Virus record (IMG/VR): IMGVR_UViG_3300025122_005335
Coordinates: 1 to 64,000 of that record
Direction: 5' to 3' (one strand)
Source: a virus
DNA: 64,000 nt
The notes under the pieces were generated by a model that ran no database searches, was not told the DNA's origin, and saw only the letters and a list, made by a program, of their open reading frames with translations. Within the stretch, counting starts at the first letter, position 1. The number at the start of each line of letters is the position of its first letter. A program made the position numbers and the translations under genes. Below, piece by piece: positions 54,445-62,987 of the stretch.

Positions 54445-55881
54445 TCATTCGTATAAATCTTTTATTTTTACACATATGTTTTCTTGTGTATATAAATCTA
54501 TTCTTTTATCGGAATGAACTTCACCATACCGCAACTGGTCTGCAATATCAACTATAGTTAATTTGTTTTTGCTTTCGTGCAAACGAAGTCCACGACCGAT
54601 CGACTGTAAGATTTTAATTTTAGCTTTACCGCCACTAGCAAAAACAATGTAATGTAAATTATTGATACTGATACCAGTAGAGAAAATCCTGCTAATAGCA
54701 ATACAAATAATATTATCATCCCGCTCAATAAGTTTTTTAACTTTATCACGCTCTTCAACATCTACTTCTCCTCTTATAAAATATATTTTTTTTTCTTTAT
54801 CGTTATTACTTAGTTCTTTGTAAAGTGCTTCTCCATGTCTTATATAATCTACTAAAATTAGAGAATTGTTTTTTACGCCTGTTGTAAGTTTTTTTATTAT
54901 ATTATTTCGAAATACGTTTTCGAAAAGAAATTCAAATTCTTGTCTATATCTTTCACCTGGGTCTGATATATCGATAGAATACTTGGGTCGTTGTTTGTAA
55001 TGTAATCTCACTACTTGTGCAACAGCATTAGTAACAAAATTTTCTATACGAAGTTCATAACTCTTTTTTTGGTATATAACTGGACCAATTTTACCTATTA
55101 TGTTCCACTGATCTGAATTATTATCTGGTAACGTTCCTGTAAATCCAAACTTATTTTCTGTTCTTATATTTTTTATAATTTTGTTTACTTTATTTGACCT
55201 TCTTACTTTATGACACTCATCAATTACTAATATATCTACGTGTTCTACCCAGTCTAAATTTGTTTTTTCGCTTTGTAAAATACCTAAATTAGCAATAATA
55301 ACATTATTTGTTAGATCAACGGGTGAGTTACCGGTCCATTTACCGACTGAAAATGAAACATTATACTTTTTAAAATCATTGAACGTTTGATTTACTAATC
55401 CTAAATCGGGAACTATAACTAAAACTTTCCACGTGTCTTTATTCACTTCTTGGTAGATTCTTTCCAGCATACTAGCCATGGCTAATGTCTTACCACCAGC
55501 AGTTGCTAACATAACAACACCTCTTCCTTTATCTAAACACTCATTTACAATTTCTTTTTGATAATCTCTTAATTGTAAAGAAAGTTTACCATTACCACCA
55601 TGAAGTATTTGAGGTTTAATAATTTCTTTAATACTATTTTCTAGATGTATTTTATCTGAAGGAAATTCTTTTTTAATAAATTGAATTATATTAGCTGTAA
55701 GACCAACTTCATATTTACCCGCGGGGGTTATAACATAAGTTCTTGCAGGCATATATCTACCATACCTTCTAGCAAATCTAGCACCCTCATTTTCAAAAGA
55801 GAAATGTTCTCTTATTATGTTAAGGTTATCTGTTTTTAGAAAAGCTTGACGTTTTCTTTTATCGTAGTGAAATACTACCAT
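54445..55881 (-). CDS. uvsW: SF2 DNA helicase
   Basis: LRDYQ, ATAGGKT, DECH, GFTGT, FSTGISI, LQSIGRGLR. Confidence 0.93.
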   Translation of the reverse strand: MVVFHYDKRKRQAFLKTDNLNIIREHFSFENEGARFARRYGRYMPARTYVITPAGKYEVGLTANIIQFIKKEFPSDKIHLENSIKEIIKPQILHGGNGKLSLQLRDYQKEIVNECLDKGRGVVMLATAGGKTLAMASMLERIYQEVNKDTWKVLVIVPDLGLVNQTFNDFKKYNVSFSVGKWTGNSPVDLTNNVIIANLGILQSEKTNLDWVEHVDILVIDECHKVRRSNKVNKIIKNIRTENKFGFTGTLPDNNSDQWNIIGKIGPVIYQKKSYELRIENFVTNAVAQVVRLHYKQRPKYSIDISDPGERYRQEFEFLFENVFRNNIIKKLTTGVKNNSLILVDYIRHGEALYKELSNNDKEKKIYFIRGEVDVEERDKVKKLIERDDNIICIAISRIFSTGISINNLHYIVFASGGKAKIKILQSIGRGLRLHESKNKLTIVDIADQLRYGEVHSDKRIDLYTQENICVKIKDLYE

Positions 55882-55927
55882 TACATTGATTGTAAAATAT
55901 TTACCGTGTTTTTCAAGATAAATATTT

Positions 55928-55965
55928 AAAAAAATACCCCCGTCTACGAATAGACGGGGTGTTTT
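55928..55965 (-). terminator. Intrinsic terminator (possibly bidirectional)
   Basis: CCCCGTCTA-cgaa-TAGACGGGG (UUCG loop on -), flanked by A and T runs. Confidence 0.85.
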
Positions 55966-55986
55966 AGAATTGTTAGAAGATTATAA

Positions 55987-56277
55987 TTATTTAACTTCCC
56001 AACTCAATCCATTTGTCCATTTAAGAACGTGATTAAGTATCCACGCATAAACCCAGCCACCTAACCACCCAGCAATACCAAATCCGACAATACTCGGTAT
56101 AGTACTTGTAACAGTCTCTCCTATTGTATGTACGGCTCCATCGACGTCACCTAATGTACCAGCAGCAAGCAATGCTAACACTGGTAAAACAATGACCTTT
56201 ACAGCTCCGGTGAATGCGCCCAGCAAACCGACTACATTTGCTACGGACAGCACTCCAACTTTAGTTAATTTCTTCAT
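55987..56277 (-). CDS. Small membrane protein (DUF3566-like)
   Basis: KVGVLSVA N-terminus, two TM segments, C-terminal N...GLSWEV; late promoter. Confidence 0.6.
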   Translation of the reverse strand: MKKLTKVGVLSVANVVGLLGAFTGAVKVIVLPVLALLAAGTLGDVDGAVHTIGETVTSTIPSIVGFGIAGWLGGWVYAWILNHVLKWTNGLSWEVK

Positions 56278-56306
56278 TACCGTTTATTTAAGCGAAACCC
56301 CTTCAT

Positions 56307-56549
56307 TTATTTGCTATACCCACCACGTATTTTCTTTAATTCCTTATGGATTTCGAAAATAACCAACAGTAATTCAGCGTAAATGCGACAAACAATAGGA
56401 CCACCTATAGCAATAGCTAACCCCTCGAGTAAACCAGCAGTAAAGGCTGTAAATAACCCAACAATAATAGCAACAACGGCCCCAATATAAGAGATTATCT
56501 TTAAGATCCCGGGAGTGATCATGTATTCGTAATTTAAGAATGCTTTCAT
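56307..56549 (-). CDS. Small membrane protein (DUF4282-like)
   Basis: FLNYEYMITPGILKI...RIYAELLLVIFEI; late promoter. Confidence 0.7.
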   Translation of the reverse strand: MKAFLNYEYMITPGILKIISYIGAVVAIIVGLFTAFTAGLLEGLAIAIGGPIVCRIYAELLLVIFEIHKELKKIRGGYSK

Positions 56550-56617
56550 GAAAATTATTTATTGATATGCTCCAAAAATTTATATTAATAATAAGGCTCT
56601 TGGGAGACTCCCAGTAA

Positions 56618-57442
56618 TTATTCAGGTAACTCTTCTTTGGACAAATTACCACCAAATTGTTCATATTCTGGTGTGGTAATATCGATATTGTCTTTTGCTA
56701 ACATTTTTTTAAAATAATCAATGTATAATCTATCAAATAACCCCCATCTCACAAGTTCTACGTATTGAATTAACGGTGAATCAGTTTGATCTTCTTCTCT
56801 AGTTAAAAATGTACCACCTTTACCTTGTCTACAAGCAACGTAATTCCATTTTTTAGAATATTTCCTTAAGTCTTCATCTGTTTCTAATACCCACCCAGAA
56901 AAATCACCCTCTTTACTCTTTAAAAGTTCGATAAATCTATCTTTATTCCATATTGCTGCTTGAAGAGAGTTCCGATATTCGTTATTATTAGATATTCTCC
57001 CAAAATTTGTATTATTAATAGGGCCTTCGGAGACTCCCAATAATGGTAAGTCAGGCCCTGGCATTGATACACAACGCATTTTTGTTATATCGTTCCTTTC
57101 CATGTAGTTTAGTGCATGGTAAAAGTTATTTGATTCTACAGGATTAACTATTATTTGGTCTTCCACCATGAATAACACATATTTTGTTGTAATTTTCTTT
57201 AACCCTTCTAAGACCATGGGCTTAAAATGGGTGGCATTTTCATCCCATTCAACGTTTGTAACAACGCAGTTTACGTTTTTGCTTTTAAAGTTTTGCTTGT
57301 TGCTTATTGTATACACTTCATATGGGCATTTCCAATTTTTCTTGTGGTAAAAGTCCCATATCTTAAGAATAGGTTGGTAAGTATCAGAACTTAATACTAA
57401 AATAGAACAATCAAAGTTGGGTTTCATATAAGCATAGTTCAT
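56618..57442 (-). CDS. Putative GT-A glycosyltransferase
   Basis: ILVLSSDTY, YVLFMVEDQ, SLQAAIWNK. Confidence 0.6.
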   Translation of the reverse strand: MNYAYMKPNFDCSILVLSSDTYQPILKIWDFYHKKNWKCPYEVYTISNKQNFKSKNVNCVVTNVEWDENATHFKPMVLEGLKKITTKYVLFMVEDQIIVNPVESNNFYHALNYMERNDITKMRCVSMPGPDLPLLGVSEGPINNTNFGRISNNNEYRNSLQAAIWNKDRFIELLKSKEGDFSGWVLETDEDLRKYSKKWNYVACRQGKGGTFLTREEDQTDSPLIQYVELVRWGLFDRLYIDYFKKMLAKDNIDITTPEYEQFGGNLSKEELPE

Positions 57443-58142
57443 CTAGGCTTCCTACAACATGTTGTTTTTCATGTTGTTTAAATTTATAGTCATATATTAT
57501 ATATTGTCTATCTAACAAATCATTATACGTTAAAGATACATATATTTCATCTTCACCCACACTATTTGGCCATGTATATCCTTTTTTTCTTGCATTAATG
57601 AAAGAACTAAAAAATAAATCGGGTGATTTCCAATAATGTGTACCGATGAGACCGTGGTTTGATATAACTTGCTTTTCTGTAAAGTTGGTTGCAATAGATT
57701 GTTGGGTGGTTGCAATGTAACTATAGTGTGGATCACATGTGTTGACTGTTATAACTGCTCCATCCGGGTCTTTTTCTTTTAAAAATTTTAAAAATCTTTC
57801 GGGTTCCCAATCTAATATTTGGTCTACGTTTGTTTGTAGTAGTGGTTTTGAATCATCTATAAATCCTTTTATTTTATATAGTGTTTCTGCAGGGCCACTA
57901 GTTACTTCATCTATAATTTGTATTTTAGCATCGGGACAAAAGTCAGTTATATGGTTATATGCACCGTATTTTTCTTCGTGTTCCTTTAATACAATAAAAT
58001 AATACGTTCCTGGTAACCCAATACTTTCGTAAGCTCTTTGGACCATTGATTTACCTTGTATATCTATAAAAGGTTTGGGGGTATCGATTCCTACTTCTTT
58101 AAAAGCTGAACTTTTACCAGCCATAGGTATAACAATGTTCAT
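57411..58142 (-). CDS. Sugar nucleotidyltransferase-like protein; start MNIVIPMAG at 58142
   Basis: IPMAG, PKPFI, GPAET, NVDQ, YSY, EKQVIS, EIYVS. Confidence 0.8.
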   Translation of the reverse strand: MNIVIPMAGKSSAFKEVGIDTPKPFIDIQGKSMVQRAYESIGLPGTYYFIVLKEHEEKYGAYNHITDFCPDAKIQIIDEVTSGPAETLYKIKGFIDDSKPLLQTNVDQILDWEPERFLKFLKEKDPDGAVITVNTCDPHYSYIATTQQSIATNFTEKQVISNHGLIGTHYWKSPDLFFSSFINARKKGYTWPNSVGEDEIYVSLTYNDLLDRQYIIYDYKFKQHEKQHVVGSLDELCLYETQL

Positions 58143-58143
58143 T

Positions 58144-58626
58144 TTATGATTTAATAGTGTTTTTAATATATTCAAATAGGTGAGCTGCAACACCACCACC
58201 ACCGTTTACAGGTAAGACACAAGAAATTTTTTGTATTTCGGATATCGCATCTTTAGGACAAAAAGCATAACCAACTTCTTTCATAATATCTAAGTCTTGT
58301 ATATCATCTCCTACAAAAGCCACGTCTTGTTTAGGTGTATTATACTCAAAACATATGTCATTGAGTTTGGTTACTTTGTTTTCACCGTTTCTGTGTACAA
58401 CATTAAGCATTTCAAATTTCCTTCTTTTAGCAAATCCTGGATTTATGTCTAAACTTCCTGTAAACAAGGCTACTTTAATTGAAAGTTCATTATAAAAGCG
58501 TCTTAATGCTGTAATATCTTTTTGATTATATCTTTTCCACAGTACTTCTCCTTCTTGGTTATATGCTGCGGTACCATCTGTTAATACCCCATCAATATCA
58601 AATAAAATTAGTCTTAAGTCGTTCAT
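58144..58626 (-). CDS. KdsC-like HAD phosphatase
   Basis: FDIDGVLTDG, K, FVGDDIQD, GGGGVA. Confidence 0.85.
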   Translation of the reverse strand: MNDLRLILFDIDGVLTDGTAAYNQEGEVLWKRYNQKDITALRRFYNELSIKVALFTGSLDINPGFAKRRKFEMLNVVHRNGENKVTKLNDICFEYNTPKQDVAFVGDDIQDLDIMKEVGYAFCPKDAISEIQKISCVLPVNGGGGVAAHLFEYIKNTIKS

Positions 58627-59021
58627 TGAGTTTCTAATTTTTGTATTTCAATAATATTTCTAATATCAAAACCAATTGAACTCAAAATTCTTTCTACTCT
58701 TTCAAGATAATCAATTAAAAGCAGGTTTTCTTCAATTTCTGAATTGATATTTTTTATAAAATCGGAATTTTCAGCAACCTTTTCGGCTGCTGGTGTTGAA
58801 AGCCTAACATTACTTTGTTCTTGTATTTTTTTTGTAACTTCAACTAACCTATCCTTCTTTTTCTTTCTTAAAATATTGACTTCATGTTTATGTCTCATTA
58901 ATCTTCCAACCCATATGTGTCTTCTACCAGGTAATTGTAATTGAACGTCTTTCAAGTTAAATTCATCAATAGATAAATGTTCAACAAGTTCTTTTGAATA
59001 GGTTTCTAATATATCAGACAT
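58623..59021 (-). CDS. uvsY: Recombination mediator
   Basis: L-x-IDE, P-x-x-x-H-x-W, helical body, GFDIRNIIE C-terminus. Confidence 0.75.
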   Translation of the reverse strand: MSDILETYSKELVEHLSIDEFNLKDVQLQLPGRRHIWVGRLMRHKHEVNILRKKKKDRLVEVTKKIQEQSNVRLSTPAAEKVAENSDFIKNINSEIEENLLLIDYLERVERILSSIGFDIRNIIEIQKLETQ

Positions 59022-59052
59022 TTAATTAAATATTATCACATATTTACAATAG

Positions 59053-59613
59053 ATGTCAATATATAAAAACGCATTTTTAAAGGCTTTGTTACTAGATGAT
59101 GGTAATGTGGCTGGTTCTGGTGGTGCTTTAGGTGATTGGACACAATCTCACTTTTCTGGAGACTTTTATGCCCCGGGTGATGCTAGAAGGCCTTTTGGTA
59201 TGGGTGCAATGCAAAGAAGGGCCGGTACTAGTAAGAAGAAAAAAAAGAAAAAGAAAAAGAAGGGTAAGAAGAAAAAGTCTACAATAAAAGAATATAGAAA
59301 TATTGAACCTACGGGTGATGGAGGGCAACCTCAGATTAGCCCCGAAACACAGGAATTACTTACTATAGTAAAAGAAACTAGGACCTCTGCAGAATTTGGT
59401 CTAGCAGAATATAAAGTAGCAGAAATTTGGAACGGGTGGGGTGACGAACTTCAAAAAAAAATTAAACGTGAAATACATGCAATTAATGGACCACATATGG
59501 GAACTTCAGAGGAAGACATTCTTTTATTGCTTATACGTCTAGCTGAAAAAAAATCAGAAGATGATGAAGGGGATATTGATCCAAACGGTGGTTGGGGTGG
59601 TTTGTCCATATAA
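59053..59613 (+). CDS. Hypothetical protein with a poly-lysine tract
   Basis: GDFYAPGDARRP followed by KKKKKKKKKKGKKKK. Confidence 0.6.
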   Translation: MSIYKNAFLKALLLDDGNVAGSGGALGDWTQSHFSGDFYAPGDARRPFGMGAMQRRAGTSKKKKKKKKKKGKKKKSTIKEYRNIEPTGDGGQPQISPETQELLTIVKETRTSAEFGLAEYKVAEIWNGWGDELQKKIKREIHAINGPHMGTSEEDILLLLIRLAEKKSEDDEGDIDPNGGWGGLSI

Positions 59614-59627
59614 ATTAATTAAATTTT

Positions 59628-60041
59628 TTGGTGGATAACTACGGTCACTGGACTTATAATCTCGAAGAGAAAGAGATACCCGACACCTTCTACGGTTTTA
59701 TTTACCAGATAACGAATACAACTAACGACAGGAAATATATTGGTAAAAAACAATCAACTACAATTCTAAAACGACCACCTCTTAAGGGTAGAAAAAACAA
59801 AAGGCATGTGGTTAAGGAAACAGATTGGAAAATATATACTGGTTCATCAGATAAGTTAAATGAAGACATTCAAAAGTTAGGTAAAGACAAGTTTAAGTTT
59901 GAAATACTGAGATTCTGTCAAAGTAAAAGTGAACTTGCGTATTATGAAGCAAAAATGCAATTTGATAAAGATGTCTTATTAAAAGAAGATTATTACAACG
60001 GTATTATTAACTTAAGATTGGGTAAAATAAAAAAAACTTGA
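59628..60041 (+). CDS. GIY-YIG endonuclease-like protein
   Basis: GFIYQITN...YIGKK, YTGSS, FEIL, YYEAK, YYNG. Confidence 0.8.
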   Translation: MVDNYGHWTYNLEEKEIPDTFYGFIYQITNTTNDRKYIGKKQSTTILKRPPLKGRKNKRHVVKETDWKIYTGSSDKLNEDIQKLGKDKFKFEILRFCQSKSELAYYEAKMQFDKDVLLKEDYYNGIINLRLGKIKKT

Positions 60042-60071
60042 TTTCATACGTAACTATTTTAATATGACTTT

Positions 60072-60641
60072 GTGAGACTTAGCTTACCAGAATACAATAT
60101 TGTATTAATTGACTTCCAAGACATACATAAAAAATATGAAAAGGATTTATTGGATGATATTCACAATTATCAATTGATGGACAGCTTGGTAGAGTCTCAA
60201 TTTATTAATAAAGACATAAAAAAGTTGTTATTTCATCATACCATAAAGAATTGCGTAGAATATATTAATAAAGTTAATTCAAAGAATAAGGTGGTATTAT
60301 ACTTTAACAATACTCAGTTTTATGAAAGCGAAATTTTAAAATATATCGATGAAAGAGATTATTTAAAACTAATTACAAACCTATTACTTAAAATACGTAA
60401 TTTATTACCAATAAAAACAGTAATTTCACATAGAAGTTTGATGTTCTTCAAAGAGTTAATAAAAAAAGATGATGGAAGAGCAAAAGGAACCGTATTAAAA
60501 ATATATTCTACGTTGCAAAAATTTAAAATAGAGAATTTTACATTTGCCAGGGTTAAGAAGTTTGCTAAAAAATATGATTTGACCTTTTTATCGAACGAAT
60601 ATTTTAATAATATTAAAACTAAGCAGCTTCTTTTTAAATGA
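60072..60641 (+). CDS. Hypothetical protein, possible degenerate T4 RNase H/PIN-like fold
   Basis: IVLIDF...LLFHHTI...KVVLYFN; TTGATT-N16-TAATAT-N6-GTG. Confidence 0.55.
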   Translation: MRLSLPEYNIVLIDFQDIHKKYEKDLLDDIHNYQLMDSLVESQFINKDIKKLLFHHTIKNCVEYINKVNSKNKVVLYFNNTQFYESEILKYIDERDYLKLITNLLLKIRNLLPIKTVISHRSLMFFKELIKKDDGRAKGTVLKIYSTLQKFKIENFTFARVKKFAKKYDLTFLSNEYFNNIKTKQLLFK

Positions 60642-60658
60642 TAGAATAAATATAAGAA

Positions 60659-61078
60659 ATGAAATTTGATCGTGCTATAGCCGAAGGGTTTTCTACATAC
60701 GTAAAAGAGGATAAAGATCGAAAAGGAACCATTTCATTAAAAGATGCTGAAGAAATTAAAGACTTAGCATATGCAATATTGGGTCTTAAAGATGAATTAG
60801 GTTCTGACTATAGAGATCTAACATCAAAAGCAGCTAGAGTTTTGGTTCCTATTGAAATGATGCTAAGATATTCAGGTGAAGAAGATGAAGAGCTGACATC
60901 TCCTGGTGGTGATACAGATAAACAAGAGCAACAAGATTTCGAATCGGTGAATCCGGATGAATTGGCGTCTAAGTTAGCTGAAACTGATCCAGACGTTCAA
61001 CAAGCAATGGATAATCAAAAGAAGGCGGTTATAGATAATATTGATCAACATACAGCTGAAATAAAAAAGGGATTCTAA
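60659..61078 (+). CDS. Hypothetical acidic late protein
   Basis: TAAATA upstream; MKFDRAIAE N-terminus. Confidence 0.6.
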   Translation: MKFDRAIAEGFSTYVKEDKDRKGTISLKDAEEIKDLAYAILGLKDELGSDYRDLTSKAARVLVPIEMMLRYSGEEDEELTSPGGDTDKQEQQDFESVNPDELASKLAETDPDVQQAMDNQKKAVIDNIDQHTAEIKKGF

Positions 61079-61080
61079 TA

Positions 61081-61455
61081 ATGAAGATACATAGTAAATT
61101 TTTCACATTAATAAAAAAGAAACGCGAAGTTTTAAAAGAGCAAATGCCAATGGCACCCCCACCTGCTGCACCTGCTGCGCCCCCCGCACCTGCAGCTCCT
61201 GGTACAGAAACCGTAACTGATACAGAAACTGTTGATATTCAAGAACCGGAACCCGAATTTAAAGAATTAACACCTGAAGGTGAAGTAGAGTTAATTAGAT
61301 TAATTAGAAAAGCATTAGTATTAGAGCCTACTGAAGGTACAATTCCCCCTAAAATTCTAGATGAAGAAATCAATGAAAATAATGGCCGGGTAATGTTAGC
61401 AAGAATGAAAGAATTTTTAAATACATATTCTGATGATCCCGATATTAACTACTAA
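61081..61455 (+). CDS. Hypothetical late protein with a Pro/Ala linker
   Basis: PPPAAPAAPPAPAAPG. Confidence 0.6.
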   Translation: MKIHSKFFTLIKKKREVLKEQMPMAPPPAAPAAPPAPAAPGTETVTDTETVDIQEPEPEFKELTPEGEVELIRLIRKALVLEPTEGTIPPKILDEEINENNGRVMLARMKEFLNTYSDDPDINY

Positions 61456-62987
61456 TGAAAAAAAACAAGAAAAAGTTTAAAACATTAACTGAATTATATG
61501 GTCAGATAAATCAAAAGTTGCCGCCTCTACGGAGACAAGCTATTTTGATGAATGAATGGACAATAACAGCTTCTGACGAGGTAGGTGGGGTGGTTGATTT
61601 AGGGGATGTTGATGAAAAATTTTACAACCGGTTAAGAAAAGATATAATAAACCATCGTGGTGGTGCAAAAGATCTTATAGATAAACTAGTTGCTGGTGGT
61701 AACTGGGCTTCAGGCATGCCTAATCGTGAATACCAATCTAAAATTCTTTTACCGGTACATGAACTTTGCACCGGTAAAGACGATCTAGTTCAAGAGGTTG
61801 ATATTGATGGTTTAAAAAATCTAATAAAGGATAAAAAATCCTTAACTGGGTTTCGTGATGATTTAATAGAAGCAATTGATAAAAATACGGCTTTTAATTT
61901 TAATAGTTCTTTAGAAGAAGCTGCTAGAACAGCATTTATAGGTGATGTGCCCGGATTAGTATCTGAATTATTTGCATTAGATTATCAACAGTCAGGTGTT
62001 TCTGTAGGGAAGGGGGAATTAGTAGCTACATTATTTTCTAATGCTGTAAAAGGAAAAAGTGGTGATTTATATATTGATGGCTTAGGTGATGTTGAGGTAA
62101 AAGGTACTAAAGGTCGTCCCGGTAAGACGGGTGGTACAGCACACAGTGCTATGAAAGAGTTACCACGAATGCTTAAAGATAGAGGGCATGATGTATTTAC
62201 TGGGAAAGAAAAACAAAAATATCTTGTTAATCTTACTAGTGCTATAAATGAATTGCGATCATATATTAAAATTCAAATAGAAAAAAACGAAGCTGAAGTG
62301 GGTAATAATCTTATAGAATTGGCAAACTATATCAAGGAGTTTACCGCCCCAGAAAATCTAGAAAACATAACATATGAAGAGTTATTTAATGGATTTAAAC
62401 TTAATGCAGCAAGCAGTTTAAATTCTTCTGGGCTTACAGGCCAACAACTAAAAGCTTCACATAATAAACTAGGAAAGTTAACTAAGGCATATCAAGATTA
62501 TATAAGATCAAGAGAAACAATATTAACACCTGACCAAGAATCTTATTCATGGGGCGACATAGTTAAACAATATTTCCTCAGCGATTGGGGATTATCAAAA
62601 GATGCCTTGATTGATGGTTTTGTTGTTTTAGCTAATGAAAAAGAAGAATCTTTTAATGTAGGAGAATTAAGAGAAGCTTTAGATGTAATTTTAGATAAAG
62701 ATACTCGAAAGGGTTTATTAGGACCAGCTGGTAAAAAAATTCTTTCAGCTATTATTGGTACTATTCATTCTGTATTATATCAGAACTACGAAGATTTTAA
62801 AGTTATGTTATTGGTAAATTCTACTACACACCAAGCACTACCGTTAACTTATGAAGGGGATAACTTAACAGAAAGAATGATTAATCATTATGATACAATT
62901 TCATCTTTAGTAGATGGTAATCGATTGAGAATTACATTATCTTTAGACTCCAGAAATAAAGGTTTAAGCTTTGAATTTATTGAGTGA
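61455..62987 (+). CDS. PD-(D/E)XK nuclease-like protein
   Basis: GKGELVATLF...GDLYIDGLGDVEVKG. Confidence 0.6.
   Translation: MKKNKKKFKTLTELYGQINQKLPPLRRQAILMNEWTITASDEVGGVVDLGDVDEKFYNRLRKDIINHRGGAKDLIDKLVAGGNWASGMPNREYQSKILLPVHELCTGKDDLVQEVDIDGLKNLIKDKKSLTGFRDDLIEAIDKNTAFNFNSSLEEAARTAFIGDVPGLVSELFALDYQQSGVSVGKGELVATLFSNAVKGKSGDLYIDGLGDVEVKGTKGRPGKTGGTAHSAMKELPRMLKDRGHDVFTGKEKQKYLVNLTSAINELRSYIKIQIEKNEAEVGNNLIELANYIKEFTAPENLENITYEELFNGFKLNAASSLNSSGLTGQQLKASHNKLGKLTKAYQDYIRSRETILTPDQESYSWGDIVKQYFLSDWGLSKDALIDGFVVLANEKEESFNVGELREALDVILDKDTRKGLLGPAGKKILSAIIGTIHSVLYQNYEDFKVMLLVNSTTHQALPLTYEGDNLTERMINHYDTISSLVDGNRLRITLSLDSRNKGLSFEFIE

Noticed and set aside
56601-56613. Palindrome TGGGAG-A-CTCCCA, partly repeated at 57029-57039
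   Set aside because: Only two partial copies, one inside a coding region, and not found before other genes; too weak to call an operator.
59628-60041. Mobile homing endonuclease
   Set aside because: It has only the GIY-YIG catalytic domain with no NUMOD/HTH DNA-binding tail and no intron context; more likely a resident nuclease.
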